NCBI GenBank assembly: GCA_963777505.1
Contig: CAVZQN010000001.1
Span: 608,001-672,000, forward strand
Length of the DNA stretch: 64,000 bases
Direction: 5' to 3'
DNA from: an uncultured bacterium
GTDB lineage: Bacteria; Acidobacteriota; HRBIN11; JAKEFK01
The notes beneath the pieces were generated by a model. That model was given only the letters and a program-made list of their open reading frames with translations, was not told the DNA's origin and made no database searches. This document shows positions 51,873-62,083 of the stretch, piece by piece. The translations under genes and the position numbers were made by a program. Every line of letters begins with the position of its first letter. Position 1 is the stretch's first letter.

Positions 51873-52193
51873 TTATTTCAATGCAAATATATAGCCAGTC
51901 TCGACGGAAACCAGCTCGACAGGAGCATCGATCCTGACGTGATCTCCTTCCTGCGTCTTCAATCGACCCATACAACGGAGTCCTGCATCGAGTTGTATGA
52001 TTGCAAGGAAATACGGAACACTCTTCTGAAACTCCTCCGGCGCAACATGCACGCGAGTGAAACTATAAATCTTTCCTGATCCAGAAGCATTTTCCTGTAA
52101 TGTCTGAACGACTTGCGGACAAGCAGGACACAAATCAACATCGTCCAGATAAATCTTTTTGCATGAAGGACAACGGCGGATAACAATTTCCAT
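51873..52193 (-). CDS. Zn-ribbon/OB-fold protein (DUF35), thiolase partner
   Basis: CPSC..CPAC, GKIYSFT, PYFLAIIQL. Confidence 0.88.
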   Translation of the reverse strand: MEIVIRRCPSCKKIYLDDVDLCPACPQVVQTLQENASGSGKIYSFTRVHVAPEEFQKSVPYFLAIIQLDAGLRCMGRLKTQEGDHVRIDAPVELVSVETGYIFALK

Positions 52194-52195
52194 TG

Positions 52196-53362
52196 TTATG
52201 CCCTCCTCTGCAAAATATGAACGACGCAGCTGGCTCCGCTTCCTCCAAGATTATGTGAAAGTGCGATTTGAGCATTTTCAACCTGGCGTGCACCGGCTTG
52301 ACCACGCAGCTGCAAAACCAGTTCTGCAACCTGTGCAATTCCTGTGGCTCCAACCGGATGACCTTTCGACTTGAGTCCGCCACTTGTATTCACTGGAATC
52401 TTTCCACCGATCGCTGTCATTCCTTCATAGCTGAATGGACCGCCCTGACCTTTTTTACAAAAGCCTAAATCTTCAATCGCGATGATTTCAGCAATGGTAA
52501 AGCAATCGTGAACTTCAACTACATCGATGTCTTCGGGTTTTACTTTTGCCATTTCATACGCTCGGCGTCCGGCAGCAATGGTTGCATCAAAGCGCGTAAT
52601 ATCTTCCTTCATATACATACAGAAGGAATCTGATGCCTGTCCGTGACCAATGATATCAACTGGAATTGCAGAGTGTTGTGATGCAAGTTCAGAAGCACAG
52701 ACAACAACTGCGGCGGCTCCATCGGTAATCAAAGAACAATCGAAAAGATTTAAGGGTTCCGCTACGAGCACTTGCGAGTTCATTGCCTTATCCAGGGAAA
52801 TTTCTTTTTGCATATGCGCATCGGGGTTTTTTGCGCCATTCGCATGATTCTTTACAGCGATGCTGGATAAATGTTCGCGTTTCGTTCCAAATTCATGCAT
52901 GTGTCTTTGCGCCATCAAAGCAAACATGGATGGAAATGTTGCTCCAATTCTTGCTTCCGAATGCCAATCTGCAGCCTGTGCAAGATATTCTGTAACCCGT
53001 GGAGTTTCTACAGTATTCATTTTCTCCACACCGCCAACAAGAACGTAATCGTATAAACCTGCGCCAACTGCAATCACGGCTTCGCGCAAAGCAGCTCCGC
53101 TTGAAGCGCACGCTGCCTCCGTTCTTACCATTGGTACATTGGGCAAACCCATCGCGGTTCCAGCATAAGGAGCCACATGATTTTGTTTGTTGAATCCTGT
53201 TGCTGCAAAATTACCAAGATAAAATGCTTGAATGACAGAAGATTCCAGCCTTGCATCTTCTAAAGCTTTCTTGCCTGCTTCTGCCATCAAACTTTTTAAT
53301 GAACGATCGGGAAAAACGCCGAACTTCGTTTTTCCTGATCCGATGATTGATACTCCTCGCAT
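52196..53362 (-). CDS. Thiolase (SCP-x/archaeal-like)
   Basis: EAACASS, DGAAA, EVHDCF, SGGLKSKGHPVGATG, HNLGG. Confidence 0.92.
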   Translation of the reverse strand: MRGVSIIGSGKTKFGVFPDRSLKSLMAEAGKKALEDARLESSVIQAFYLGNFAATGFNKQNHVAPYAGTAMGLPNVPMVRTEAACASSGAALREAVIAVGAGLYDYVLVGGVEKMNTVETPRVTEYLAQAADWHSEARIGATFPSMFALMAQRHMHEFGTKREHLSSIAVKNHANGAKNPDAHMQKEISLDKAMNSQVLVAEPLNLFDCSLITDGAAAVVVCASELASQHSAIPVDIIGHGQASDSFCMYMKEDITRFDATIAAGRRAYEMAKVKPEDIDVVEVHDCFTIAEIIAIEDLGFCKKGQGGPFSYEGMTAIGGKIPVNTSGGLKSKGHPVGATGIAQVAELVLQLRGQAGARQVENAQIALSHNLGGSGASCVVHILQRRA

Positions 53363-53459
53363 TTCTATCACTCCATTAATCCATCAATCCAATAATGCAT
53401 TTAATTTAGCGGACGGGAGTCCACGGTCCCCGATGCAGGCAGAGGCCTGCGGTCCCTTA

Positions 53460-55163
53460 TTATGGTGGGGGTTGATTCAATATTTTCTCAAGTTCCTTTA
53501 ACAATTGTTGTTCATCCATCGCCGGACCGACAGAATTCCCTTCCATAATCGTAGCTAATAAAGATTCCATTGAACCTTCACCGATATCTGCATCACCATG
53601 CTCTTCTTCCATCCAGTGTTTGAAAACTGCTTCGAGTTTTTCTTTATTCTGGGGCTGAATTGACTGAGCTGTCTCTTTAAAATCATAAGGCCCTGCTGTT
53701 TGAAACCAGAACTTGGTGTAATACTTTTTCATCGTTGCAAAGAACGCTTCATCTCCCATCGTTTTACGAATATTGTCGAATGCAAGCGCACCTTTGCCAT
53801 AAACAATCGCAGAATATTCAAGAGGTCCGTTATAAGCAGAAGCGGGAAGCAGCACAGGCTGATCGGATCCGCCAAGCATTCGGTGCATTTGATAATTCAA
53901 TTTCATTTGCATCGCCATCTGTTTTTCCGCAGCTTCACGGCCATAAAAATGTTCGAAATATAAAACTGCTGAATAATTCGCCATCGCTTCATCAATGAAC
54001 GGATATTTTTTTGAATTGCTTCCAACGACAGCATTCCACCATTGATGAGCAACTTCATGTGCAACCACAAACTCGAGGAGCTGATCAAAAACCGGGCTTT
54101 GTGATAACAATTGTTGAATCGTGCTTGAATCAAAAGCCGCTTCATCTTCTTTGTAGAGTATGGAAGATACAGTAACGAGGCCTGGAAACTCTACTCCGCC
54201 GGCACCGCCATACAATGGAGCTTCGACAATATCCAGTTCTGAATATGGATAGGGCCCAAATTCCTGATAAAAATATTCAAAAGCCTTAACAGCAGTATCC
54301 AGAGCTTTTTCTCCGCTGCCGCGATGCTTCGATAAATAATAGGAACGGATTGATGTTTGGCCTCGAATTGCATTTTTTTGTTCGAATTGATCGCTGAGTT
54401 CAACCACAAAATCACGAGTCAATTTCGCTTCGATATGATGCACAAGCTTGCCTTCTTTGCCAGGGACTTTCTTAACAGCTGATCCGGTTGTAACCACTTG
54501 ATATGCCGCCGGTGCGCTAATTCGAACATTGAAAGAAGCTGGATCAAAATAACTGACATCGCCAATTCCTGCATAGGCTTCTTCATCCCAACCTTCTTTA
54601 TCAAATTTTGAAAGAGCTACATACCAGAGTCCAAGATTCAAAATGTCTTTGTTTGAACTAAAAATTCCATAATCAGGCTGCTCTTCTTTAGGATTGAGAA
54701 TATTTGTGAGTTGATCCATTGCTTGGGAAAAAAGGTCTTTCGCTCCTGATTGTTGTGGGATTTCCGCTTGAAAATCAAATTCCACGGTAACAGTCTGTGA
54801 AGTCTGAAGCGCTTCTTTTAAATAAACTCGCAAGGAAGGCCCTTTTTCTTCAATTTTCGCCGCAACGCCATTCGCAGTTACATTCGTTACAGTTAGAAAG
54901 GGGTCCCGTGATTTCGTTAAGGCCGGGTCATTAGGATAAATAAAAAATAGCAGGTAATTTGTGGATTTTTCCTGGCGATTTGTAAATGAAACTTTTTGAT
55001 GGCCGGAGTATTTCAATCCTTTTGGATCAATGTCCACATTAATGTCATAAATGGCGATGGGCAATAAAGTCGCAGCCTGTTTTTGCGCCAATCTCGTGAG
55101 TGAAGCTGAGGCAGACTGGATTACAAATAAACTTATAAAAATTGAGAATACGATCCCTTTCAT
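53460..55163 (-). CDS. Exported M1-family metalloaminopeptidase
   Basis: Signal peptide, GGVEFPG, HEVAHQWW..DE, VYGKGA. Confidence 0.88.
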   Translation of the reverse strand: MKGIVFSIFISLFVIQSASASLTRLAQKQAATLLPIAIYDINVDIDPKGLKYSGHQKVSFTNRQEKSTNYLLFFIYPNDPALTKSRDPFLTVTNVTANGVAAKIEEKGPSLRVYLKEALQTSQTVTVEFDFQAEIPQQSGAKDLFSQAMDQLTNILNPKEEQPDYGIFSSNKDILNLGLWYVALSKFDKEGWDEEAYAGIGDVSYFDPASFNVRISAPAAYQVVTTGSAVKKVPGKEGKLVHHIEAKLTRDFVVELSDQFEQKNAIRGQTSIRSYYLSKHRGSGEKALDTAVKAFEYFYQEFGPYPYSELDIVEAPLYGGAGGVEFPGLVTVSSILYKEDEAAFDSSTIQQLLSQSPVFDQLLEFVVAHEVAHQWWNAVVGSNSKKYPFIDEAMANYSAVLYFEHFYGREAAEKQMAMQMKLNYQMHRMLGGSDQPVLLPASAYNGPLEYSAIVYGKGALAFDNIRKTMGDEAFFATMKKYYTKFWFQTAGPYDFKETAQSIQPQNKEKLEAVFKHWMEEEHGDADIGEGSMESLLATIMEGNSVGPAMDEQQLLKELEKILNQPPP

Positions 55164-55318
55164 CTTTTTTCTAATACCCAGCCAATGTAGAATATTAAAC
55201 TTCCAATTCCTAATGCCGCCAGTTCGAACTTAATCAAACTATATTGAATGCCGAATAGAAAGCCTGAGGCAACAACAATAAGTCCCACAAGTTCGAGAAA
55301 CTTCCCAGTAGACTTCAT
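55160..55318 (-). CDS. 52-aa two-TM membrane protein (not in ORF track)
   Basis: MKSTGKFLELVGLIVVASGFLFGIQYSLIKFELAALGIGSLIFYIGWVLEKR*; ATGA overlaps with both neighbours. Confidence 0.8.
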   Translation of the reverse strand: MKSTGKFLELVGLIVVASGFLFGIQYSLIKFELAALGIGSLIFYIGWVLEKR

Positions 55319-55974
55319 TCTTGGTCATGAGCACAGGCGCCAATCCATTCCTCGCCTGATTCCGAAACTTCCTTTTTCCAGATCGGCACTCTGTGTTTTA
55401 ACTCATCGATGCAATATTTGCAGGCTTCCAGAGCTTCGCGACGATGCTCAGCCGAAACTGCGACAATCACCGCAAGATCACCAACATCAAGCTTGCCAAT
55501 CCGATGCTCAATTGCCACTTTTTTCAGCGGCCATCGGGAAAACATTTCTTCCACAATTTGATGAAGCTTCTTTTCAGCCATTGGAACATGACATTCATAG
55601 TGAAGATGACGAATCAATTTCCCTTCATTATGACGTCTTACTCGGCCAATGAATGTTGCGATTCCACCTGCTTCATCTTCCGAAACCGATTCGATCGCAC
55701 GTTCGACAGAAAGTGGGGTCTCATATATATATTTCGGCGCGCCTCCACTCACCGGAGGAAACAAAAGGAGTTGATCGCCATCTTTCAGCTGTGCCTCAGC
55801 AGAAACATATTCATCTCCTATTGCGAATAGCGGAGGAATAGGAGAAAGTTTCGGAAATTTTTCGCTGACAACTTTCCAGGCATCGTGGCAGGTCATGGAT
55901 TCACGAAAAGGCAGAGAAAGTTCACGCATTCCTGCATATTCTGCGAAAGCTGCAAAAAACTTGATAGTGATCAT
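55315..55974 (-). CDS. Fused MoaD-MoaE molybdopterin synthase
   Basis: MoaD IKFFA..FPPVSGG followed by MoaE FIGRVR, HRIG, SAEHR, LKHRVPIWKKE. Confidence 0.93.
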   Translation of the reverse strand: MITIKFFAAFAEYAGMRELSLPFRESMTCHDAWKVVSEKFPKLSPIPPLFAIGDEYVSAEAQLKDGDQLLLFPPVSGGAPKYIYETPLSVERAIESVSEDEAGGIATFIGRVRRHNEGKLIRHLHYECHVPMAEKKLHQIVEEMFSRWPLKKVAIEHRIGKLDVGDLAVIVAVSAEHRREALEACKYCIDELKHRVPIWKKEVSESGEEWIGACAHDQE

Positions 55975-55985
55975 GAAGGCAAATA

Positions 55986-57116
55986 CTAAACTTTTTCGCG
56001 CGGATCAAACAACTTCATATATTCATCAATCGCAAAACGGTCTGTCATACCAGCTATGTAATCGCAAATGACACGCTCTTTGCTATCCTGCTTCATCCGG
56101 TTACGAATATGAAGAGGCATCAGATCAGGATCTTCTTGATAAGCCTTAAAGAGCGCCTCCAGAATTCTGCGCGCCTTATGCTTCATTCGATTCACACGAA
56201 AGTGATTGTAGAGATTCTTATAAAGATGCACTTTTAATTCACGATGTTTATCGCCGATTTGATCGCTAAATGAAACAAGCATTCGTGGCGCTTTTCGAAT
56301 ATCCTCGAGCGTCTGAATTCCTTCTTTTTGGATTGTTCGTTTTATGTTTTCGATGAGATCAGTGACTTCCAAATTGATCAAATTGATAATCGTTGCATTG
56401 ATCAACAATTTCAGTGGCGCTGCAGGATGTTTTGATTTTGCCTCACGGAATAAATCTCCAAAAATCGGAATCTTCTCTACAAGTTCGTCAAGATTCAGCA
56501 GTCGAGACTCCAAACCATCATCTAAATCGTGATTGTTGTATGCAATTTCATCGCACAGATCCACAATTTGAGCCTCAAGCGGCGGTAAATCATCAAGAGC
56601 AAATCTTTTCAATGTGTCAGGTTGATTTTTCATCCCTTTATACACAGTGCTGTGTTTGACGATTCCTTCGCGCGACTCAAATGTCAGATTCAATCCTGTA
56701 AATTCAATGTATTTTTCTTCTAGCTGCTCCACGATTCGAAGCGTTTGCAGATTATGTTCAAATCCTCCGTAGGCTTTCATCAGTTCATCCAGAACATCTT
56801 GTCCGGAATGTCCAAAGGGAGGATGTCCCATATCGTGAGATAGCGCCAGAGCTTCAGCAAGATCGGAGTTCAGACCAAGATCGCGTGCGACCGTTCGAGT
56901 AATTTGGGCGACTTCCATGCTGTGAGTCAGGCGCGTTCGATAATGATCGCCTTCATGATTCACAAAAACTTGAGTCTTGTATTCCAATCGTCTGAATGCA
57001 CGAGAATGAATAATACGATCGCGATCTCTTTGAAACGGAGAACGATAGGGATGCTCAGGCTCTGGATAAACTCGACCCCGCGTTTGATCATCCCGAATTG
57101 CATATTGAGCAAGCAT
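55986..57116 (-). CDS. dgt: dGTP triphosphohydrolase
   Basis: FQRDRDRI, RTRLTHS, HDMGHPPFGH, DEIAYNNHDLDD, DYIAGMTD. Confidence 0.95.
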   Translation of the reverse strand: MLAQYAIRDDQTRGRVYPEPEHPYRSPFQRDRDRIIHSRAFRRLEYKTQVFVNHEGDHYRTRLTHSMEVAQITRTVARDLGLNSDLAEALALSHDMGHPPFGHSGQDVLDELMKAYGGFEHNLQTLRIVEQLEEKYIEFTGLNLTFESREGIVKHSTVYKGMKNQPDTLKRFALDDLPPLEAQIVDLCDEIAYNNHDLDDGLESRLLNLDELVEKIPIFGDLFREAKSKHPAAPLKLLINATIINLINLEVTDLIENIKRTIQKEGIQTLEDIRKAPRMLVSFSDQIGDKHRELKVHLYKNLYNHFRVNRMKHKARRILEALFKAYQEDPDLMPLHIRNRMKQDSKERVICDYIAGMTDRFAIDEYMKLFDPREKV

Positions 57117-57153
57117 AGATTCAATTTAACCGCAAAGCGTCGAATAAACAAAA

Positions 57154-58185
57154 TTACTCAGGGAGAACAACAATTTTTCCAAAGACGTTCCGGTCCTCCA
57201 TTTTTTCCTGCGCTTTACGTGTTTCTGAAAGCGGAAAGACTGAATCAATCACAGGACGAAGTTTGCCTTCACTGACAAATCGCAGCACTTCTTGCAAATC
57301 GCGTTTACCACCCATATAACTTCCAAGGATCGAAAGTTGCCGGCTATAAACGTAACGCAAGTCCATCTTCGCATTTGGACCCGAAGTTGCACCACACGTT
57401 ACAAGCCGGCCAAATCGGCTCAAGCTGAGAATATTCTTTTCCCAGTTTTCCTGACCTGTATGTTCAAATACCACATCCACCCCGCGCTTATTTGTGATCC
57501 TGCGGATCTCTTCCAGAAAATCTTTTTCTTTATAGTTAATTAAGATGTCTGCTCCAAGTTCCTTCGCTTTGTCTAGCTTTTCGTTTGTACTGGCAGTTGC
57601 TATCACGCGAGCGCCGATCAATTTTGCGATCTGAATGGCAGCAATTCCGACTCCGCTTCCGGCGGCCTGCACCAGGACATCTTCACCAACTCGAAGGCGC
57701 GCTCGATCAACTAGCATATGCCAGGCTGTTTGGAAAACGAGTGGAATGGATGCTGCCTGTTCATAAGAAAGCCCTGAGGGCATAGAGTACAAAGTATTTA
57801 CGGGTACTGAAACTTGCTCCGCCAGAGTTCCATAACGATGCACTCCTAACATGCCAAAAGAAAGGCAAAGACTATCCTGATTCTGCAAACAATATTCACA
57901 ACGTCCACAGGAAAAAGATGGGGTAATCATAACCGCATCGCCAGGTTTGAACTGAGTAACTCCGGTTCCAACACGCAATACATCTCCTGCGCCTTCACAG
58001 CCTGAAATATGAGGCAGCGGAGTTGGACGTCCCGGAATTCCTTTGCGAAGCCACAAATCAAGATGATTCAGCGCGGCAGCACGAACTTTGACTACAACTT
58101 CAAGGTCGCGAACTTCCGGCTCAGGTACAGATTCATAACGTAAGACTTCCGGCCCGCCATGCTCGTAAAAGATGATTGCTTTCAT
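57154..58185 (-). CDS. Zinc-binding (MDR) oxidoreductase
   Basis: LNHLD, CGRCEYC..C structural Zn site, AAGSGVG, GKIVV. Confidence 0.9.
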   Translation of the reverse strand: MKAIIFYEHGGPEVLRYESVPEPEVRDLEVVVKVRAAALNHLDLWLRKGIPGRPTPLPHISGCEGAGDVLRVGTGVTQFKPGDAVMITPSFSCGRCEYCLQNQDSLCLSFGMLGVHRYGTLAEQVSVPVNTLYSMPSGLSYEQAASIPLVFQTAWHMLVDRARLRVGEDVLVQAAGSGVGIAAIQIAKLIGARVIATASTNEKLDKAKELGADILINYKEKDFLEEIRRITNKRGVDVVFEHTGQENWEKNILSLSRFGRLVTCGATSGPNAKMDLRYVYSRQLSILGSYMGGKRDLQEVLRFVSEGKLRPVIDSVFPLSETRKAQEKMEDRNVFGKIVVLPE

Positions 58186-58197
58186 ATTTCCTCCGCT

Positions 58198-58270
58198 TAG
58201 TAGGGGCGGCTCTATGACCGCCCGCGACTCAATCTCAACAACTCGGGCGGTCAAAGACCCGCCCCTACTA
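58198..58270. repeat. GTAG-type REP doublet (REPIN-like)
   Basis: TAGTAGGGGCGG...CCGCCCCTACTA outer and TGACCGCCCG...CGGGCGGTCA inner perfect inverted repeats. Confidence 0.8.
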
Positions 58271-58307
58271 AGCTGTCGCCCGAAATGTCATAATATATGG
58301 AAAAGTT

Positions 58308-60056
58308 ATGCAACGCTTAGTGACATTCCTGGTATTTCTAATTTTTGTTTCCGTATGCGTGGCACGTCCCGGCACAGAGCTGCTTCAACAGGGCATGAAA
58401 GATTACCAGCAAGGGAACTATGAAGCCGCAATTTCAAAATTGAAGAGTGCTACAGAACAACTGGATTCGGCTGAAGATAAGGCGTCCGCACATCTTGCTC
58501 TTGGCATCATTTACCAGCTTCTAAACGATGAAGAACAGGCTCGCGTTCAATTTGCAAAAGCAATCATTGTTAATCCAAATCTGAAATTAGATCGCGATTT
58601 TTATTCCGCAAAAACGATTGAATTGTTTGATCAAGCAAGATACGAAGGACTGGATCGAGTCAAAAAGGGAAAGAGTCTTTATTTGGAAGGAAAATATGAA
58701 CCGGCGATTGAGCAAATTAACACCGGTATCAATCTTCTACTAACAACGAGCCCTAAAATAGAACGTCATATCATCATTGATGGCTATCTTACTTCCGCAA
58801 AAATTTTTCAACTTATGGCGAAAAATAATCTCGCTGTATCCGAGTTTCAAAAAGCTTTACAGGTAAATCCAGAGCTCACCCTGGATCCTGAATTGTACTC
58901 GCAATCCACCATTGATTTGTTTCAACAGGCCAAGTCGGAAGGCGATCGTACAGTCTCAAAAGCGCGTGAGCTTCTTGCACAAAATAACTATTCAGATGCC
59001 ATCGAACTCATTGAACAAAATGACAACAAATATTATTCGAAATCAACTCGCAAAGAGGCAAACTACTTGCTTGCGGAGGCGTATTACTCCAGCAAACAAA
59101 CAGGCCGCGCCGAAACACTCGCAGCAGCAGTATTAAGAATGGATCCCGCCTTTTCTCCAGCATCGAATGTGAGCAACACGACCTTCAAAAATTTCTTCGA
59201 GGATCAACGGCGTAAAACAAATGGTGAAAAGAACAGAGTTCTAATCATTCGTGGTGCTGACAACCCTGTTCACACTTTGGCAATTGAAGGATTCAAGCAA
59301 GAAGTTTCGACCACTGAAACAAAAGAAACTGATGCTTCAAAAGCTGCTGAGGCAATTAAGAGTTTTAAACCGAAAGTCATTTTTGCAACCGGAGCAAATT
59401 CTCTTCAAGCTGTTCGCAAAACGGAAAAACAAGTTCCTGTAATTTTCGCTAACGTTTTAAAAACGGAAGCTGGAAATCTGATCAATAGCAACGTTGGGGG
59501 AATTTTTTGGGAAGTGCCAACCGAAGCCCAACTTTCGTTTCTTTATGGAGTTTTACCGAAAGGGAAACGGATCGGTGTTGTTTACAATCCGGATGTATCG
59601 GAAGCGAATTTGAACGAAGCTAAAGCTATCGCTCCGAAATATGGGTTTGAAATTATTGGACGAACAGCGAAAAGTTCGGGTCAGATGGAAGAAATACTTT
59701 CAGAATGGGAAGGAATCGATATCTTATGGGTTATTCCTGATAAATCCCTTGTGAATTCACCGGATGTATTCCGCAGAGTATTGGTAATCACAACGCAAAG
59801 AAGACTACCGGTCTTTGCTTATCATGAAGCCTTTGTAAAAGAAGGCGCACTTCTATCGGTCAGCAGTGACTTTGGTTTAATGGGAAAACAAGCAGGTGAA
59901 CTTGTTCAAAACCTGCTTGATCAAAAAACAGGAACAAACCTTCCGACACTTTCCCCGACCCTTTCGAAGCTTGCAATTAATTTGAAAACGGCGAAACGTT
60001 TGGGCATCGAAATTGATCCTAATGTTCTGATGAGCGCTGCCGTCGTATATAAGTAA
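58308..60056 (+). CDS. Exported TPR protein fused to an ABC substrate-binding-like domain
   Basis: Signal peptide, duplicated TPR-NP.L.LD...YS..TI.LF.QA module; C-terminal RIGVVYNP, GALLSV, INLKTAKRLGI. Confidence 0.85.
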   Translation: MQRLVTFLVFLIFVSVCVARPGTELLQQGMKDYQQGNYEAAISKLKSATEQLDSAEDKASAHLALGIIYQLLNDEEQARVQFAKAIIVNPNLKLDRDFYSAKTIELFDQARYEGLDRVKKGKSLYLEGKYEPAIEQINTGINLLLTTSPKIERHIIIDGYLTSAKIFQLMAKNNLAVSEFQKALQVNPELTLDPELYSQSTIDLFQQAKSEGDRTVSKARELLAQNNYSDAIELIEQNDNKYYSKSTRKEANYLLAEAYYSSKQTGRAETLAAAVLRMDPAFSPASNVSNTTFKNFFEDQRRKTNGEKNRVLIIRGADNPVHTLAIEGFKQEVSTTETKETDASKAAEAIKSFKPKVIFATGANSLQAVRKTEKQVPVIFANVLKTEAGNLINSNVGGIFWEVPTEAQLSFLYGVLPKGKRIGVVYNPDVSEANLNEAKAIAPKYGFEIIGRTAKSSGQMEEILSEWEGIDILWVIPDKSLVNSPDVFRRVLVITTQRRLPVFAYHEAFVKEGALLSVSSDFGLMGKQAGELVQNLLDQKTGTNLPTLSPTLSKLAINLKTAKRLGIEIDPNVLMSAAVVYK

Positions 60057-60109
60057 ACTTTTACCGCAAAGACGCAGAGTGCTAAAATGCTGGCAGGAAA
60101 AGGAGGGTT

Positions 60110-62083
60110 ATGAGAGTAGTCGCAATCCTCGGATTCGTGATTCTAATTGTTGGAAGTGCCACCGCTCAAGAATCGCAAGAAGTAACGCTTGAAGACATTT
60201 TTAATCTTGTTGCTGAAGGGAAAGTCATCACTGCAACCAGAACCGAACGCCTTCTAAAAACAGCACCACAAGCAGTTACAGTTATTACACGCAGTCAAAT
60301 CAGAGACCTCGGAGCTTCAACCATTGGTGAAGCCTTGCGCTTCGTTCCTGGAATGAACGCTCGAATAACCCCAATGGGAGGAGTTTTAGGAATTCGATCA
60401 CTCGGACCCTCTCCTTTTACTGAACGTGTTCTTTTCCTTATTGATGGCACGCCGTACAACAGTCCTGATAAGGGCGGCTATCCTGGTCATCCTGCATATG
60501 AAGATTTTTTCCCGATTGAACACGTCAAGCGCATTGAAGTGATTAAAGGTCCAGGTTCGGCGTTATACGGACAGAATGCATATTTCGGGATCGTTAATAT
60601 CATTACGGAAGATTTCAAAGATGATGGTACGCGTTCGGCCGTTATTCAAGCAGGAAGCCGGGATAATGCACGCTTCGCGATGAGTTACGGTGACACCGTA
60701 GGTGATTGGAATTATTCAATCACAGGCAAATACAAAACTCAAAGTGGACCAATGAGTTTTCTTGAAGAAACTGAAATCAAAAACGGTGACGTTTTTCTAA
60801 AAACGAACTATAAGGGTTTTGCACTCTCTTATTTATTTCACAAAGATGAAAGCAGTGAATTCACAATGGATTCCACACGCAACATCAGAACTACCGGCAC
60901 ACATCAGACATTGAACTTTATTGATGCATCGTATTCAAAGAAATTTTCGGAAGATTGGAACTGGCGCGTCAAAGGCTTTTTTAATCGCCGCGATGGGAAT
61001 ACCTGCGAAAGTTGTCACAATCCCTTGTCAGTAGGACATCCGGCGAATCTGGTTCAAAACGAGGATGAACTCAATCAGCGTCTGTTTTTCAATACGCAAT
61101 TGGATTGGATCGTTGCAAGTCATCGCGTCATTTTCGGTGTAGACGCTCAATCTGATAAAACAGAAAAAGATATCGCCAGGCTTGCGAATGCGGATGAAAC
61201 TGTCAACAATGTTGCCGGTTATGCCCAGGGCGAATTTAGTTTTGCGGATGGAAAAACAATTATTACTGCTGGAGTACGGCTGGATCAAAATGAAGTTACA
61301 GATACTTCAATTAGTCCAAGTATTTCAGGAGTTTTTCTTCCAACAACCAATCTTGTTTTAAGAACTTCCTATGGCCGCGCTTTTCGGCAGCCAACATGGA
61401 ATGATCTATTTATCGATATGAAGTTTCTTGCCGGCTTTCCAGATATAAGACTTACGGGAAATCCTGATCTGGAAACTGAAAAGATTGATACGTTCGAAGC
61501 TGGAATGGAATACTTTTTTAATCCTGAATTTTCCGCAAAAGCAGATTTTTTCTATAGTGACGTTCAAGACTTTATTGAAGTAAATGCAGGCTTGCCAACA
61601 GGGTCTACAATAAACCGCCAGAGCGACATTCAGCTAACAGGTGTCGAATTAGAAGCTCGCTACAGACCCAGTTCCAAATTTTCCGCGATTTTTGGCTACG
61701 CGCTGCAATCTACCGATTTGAATTCCAGTCTTCCGGGTCCAGATTCCGCAGGAGCCTATGCGCCTGAACATAAACTAACCGGGATTATCAATCTCACTCC
61801 TGTGGATTTACTCAGTTTTAATTTTGGAATCAACTATTGGGGTGAATTTGATTCCAGACGGTTTACTTCCGGGACAGTTAATTTCGGAGAAGAAGTTGGC
61901 GAACCATTTACCTACGCTAATTTTCAAACAATATTACACATCCCTGTGCAAGGTCAGAGATTGAATTTAGGCTTTCTGATTAAAAATGTTTTTGATGAAG
62001 AAGTTCAATTGACTCCGGCTGTCGGTGTTGATGATTCACTTTATGGAAGGGAATTCTACGGCTCACTCTCGTACGATTTTTAG
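60110..62083 (+). CDS. TonB-dependent receptor with a CxxCH motif
   Basis: Plug AP.AVTVIT, LIDG, RIEVIKGPGSALYG; NPDLETEK; C-terminal YDF; CESCH. Confidence 0.92.
   Translation: MRVVAILGFVILIVGSATAQESQEVTLEDIFNLVAEGKVITATRTERLLKTAPQAVTVITRSQIRDLGASTIGEALRFVPGMNARITPMGGVLGIRSLGPSPFTERVLFLIDGTPYNSPDKGGYPGHPAYEDFFPIEHVKRIEVIKGPGSALYGQNAYFGIVNIITEDFKDDGTRSAVIQAGSRDNARFAMSYGDTVGDWNYSITGKYKTQSGPMSFLEETEIKNGDVFLKTNYKGFALSYLFHKDESSEFTMDSTRNIRTTGTHQTLNFIDASYSKKFSEDWNWRVKGFFNRRDGNTCESCHNPLSVGHPANLVQNEDELNQRLFFNTQLDWIVASHRVIFGVDAQSDKTEKDIARLANADETVNNVAGYAQGEFSFADGKTIITAGVRLDQNEVTDTSISPSISGVFLPTTNLVLRTSYGRAFRQPTWNDLFIDMKFLAGFPDIRLTGNPDLETEKIDTFEAGMEYFFNPEFSAKADFFYSDVQDFIEVNAGLPTGSTINRQSDIQLTGVELEARYRPSSKFSAIFGYALQSTDLNSSLPGPDSAGAYAPEHKLTGIINLTPVDLLSFNFGINYWGEFDSRRFTSGTVNFGEEVGEPFTYANFQTILHIPVQGQRLNLGFLIKNVFDEEVQLTPAVGVDDSLYGREFYGSLSYDF

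Noticed and set aside
51873-53362. Novel thiolase pathway
   Set aside because: Thiolase plus DUF35 is a well-known pair; no HMG-CoA synthase or other pathway genes are adjacent
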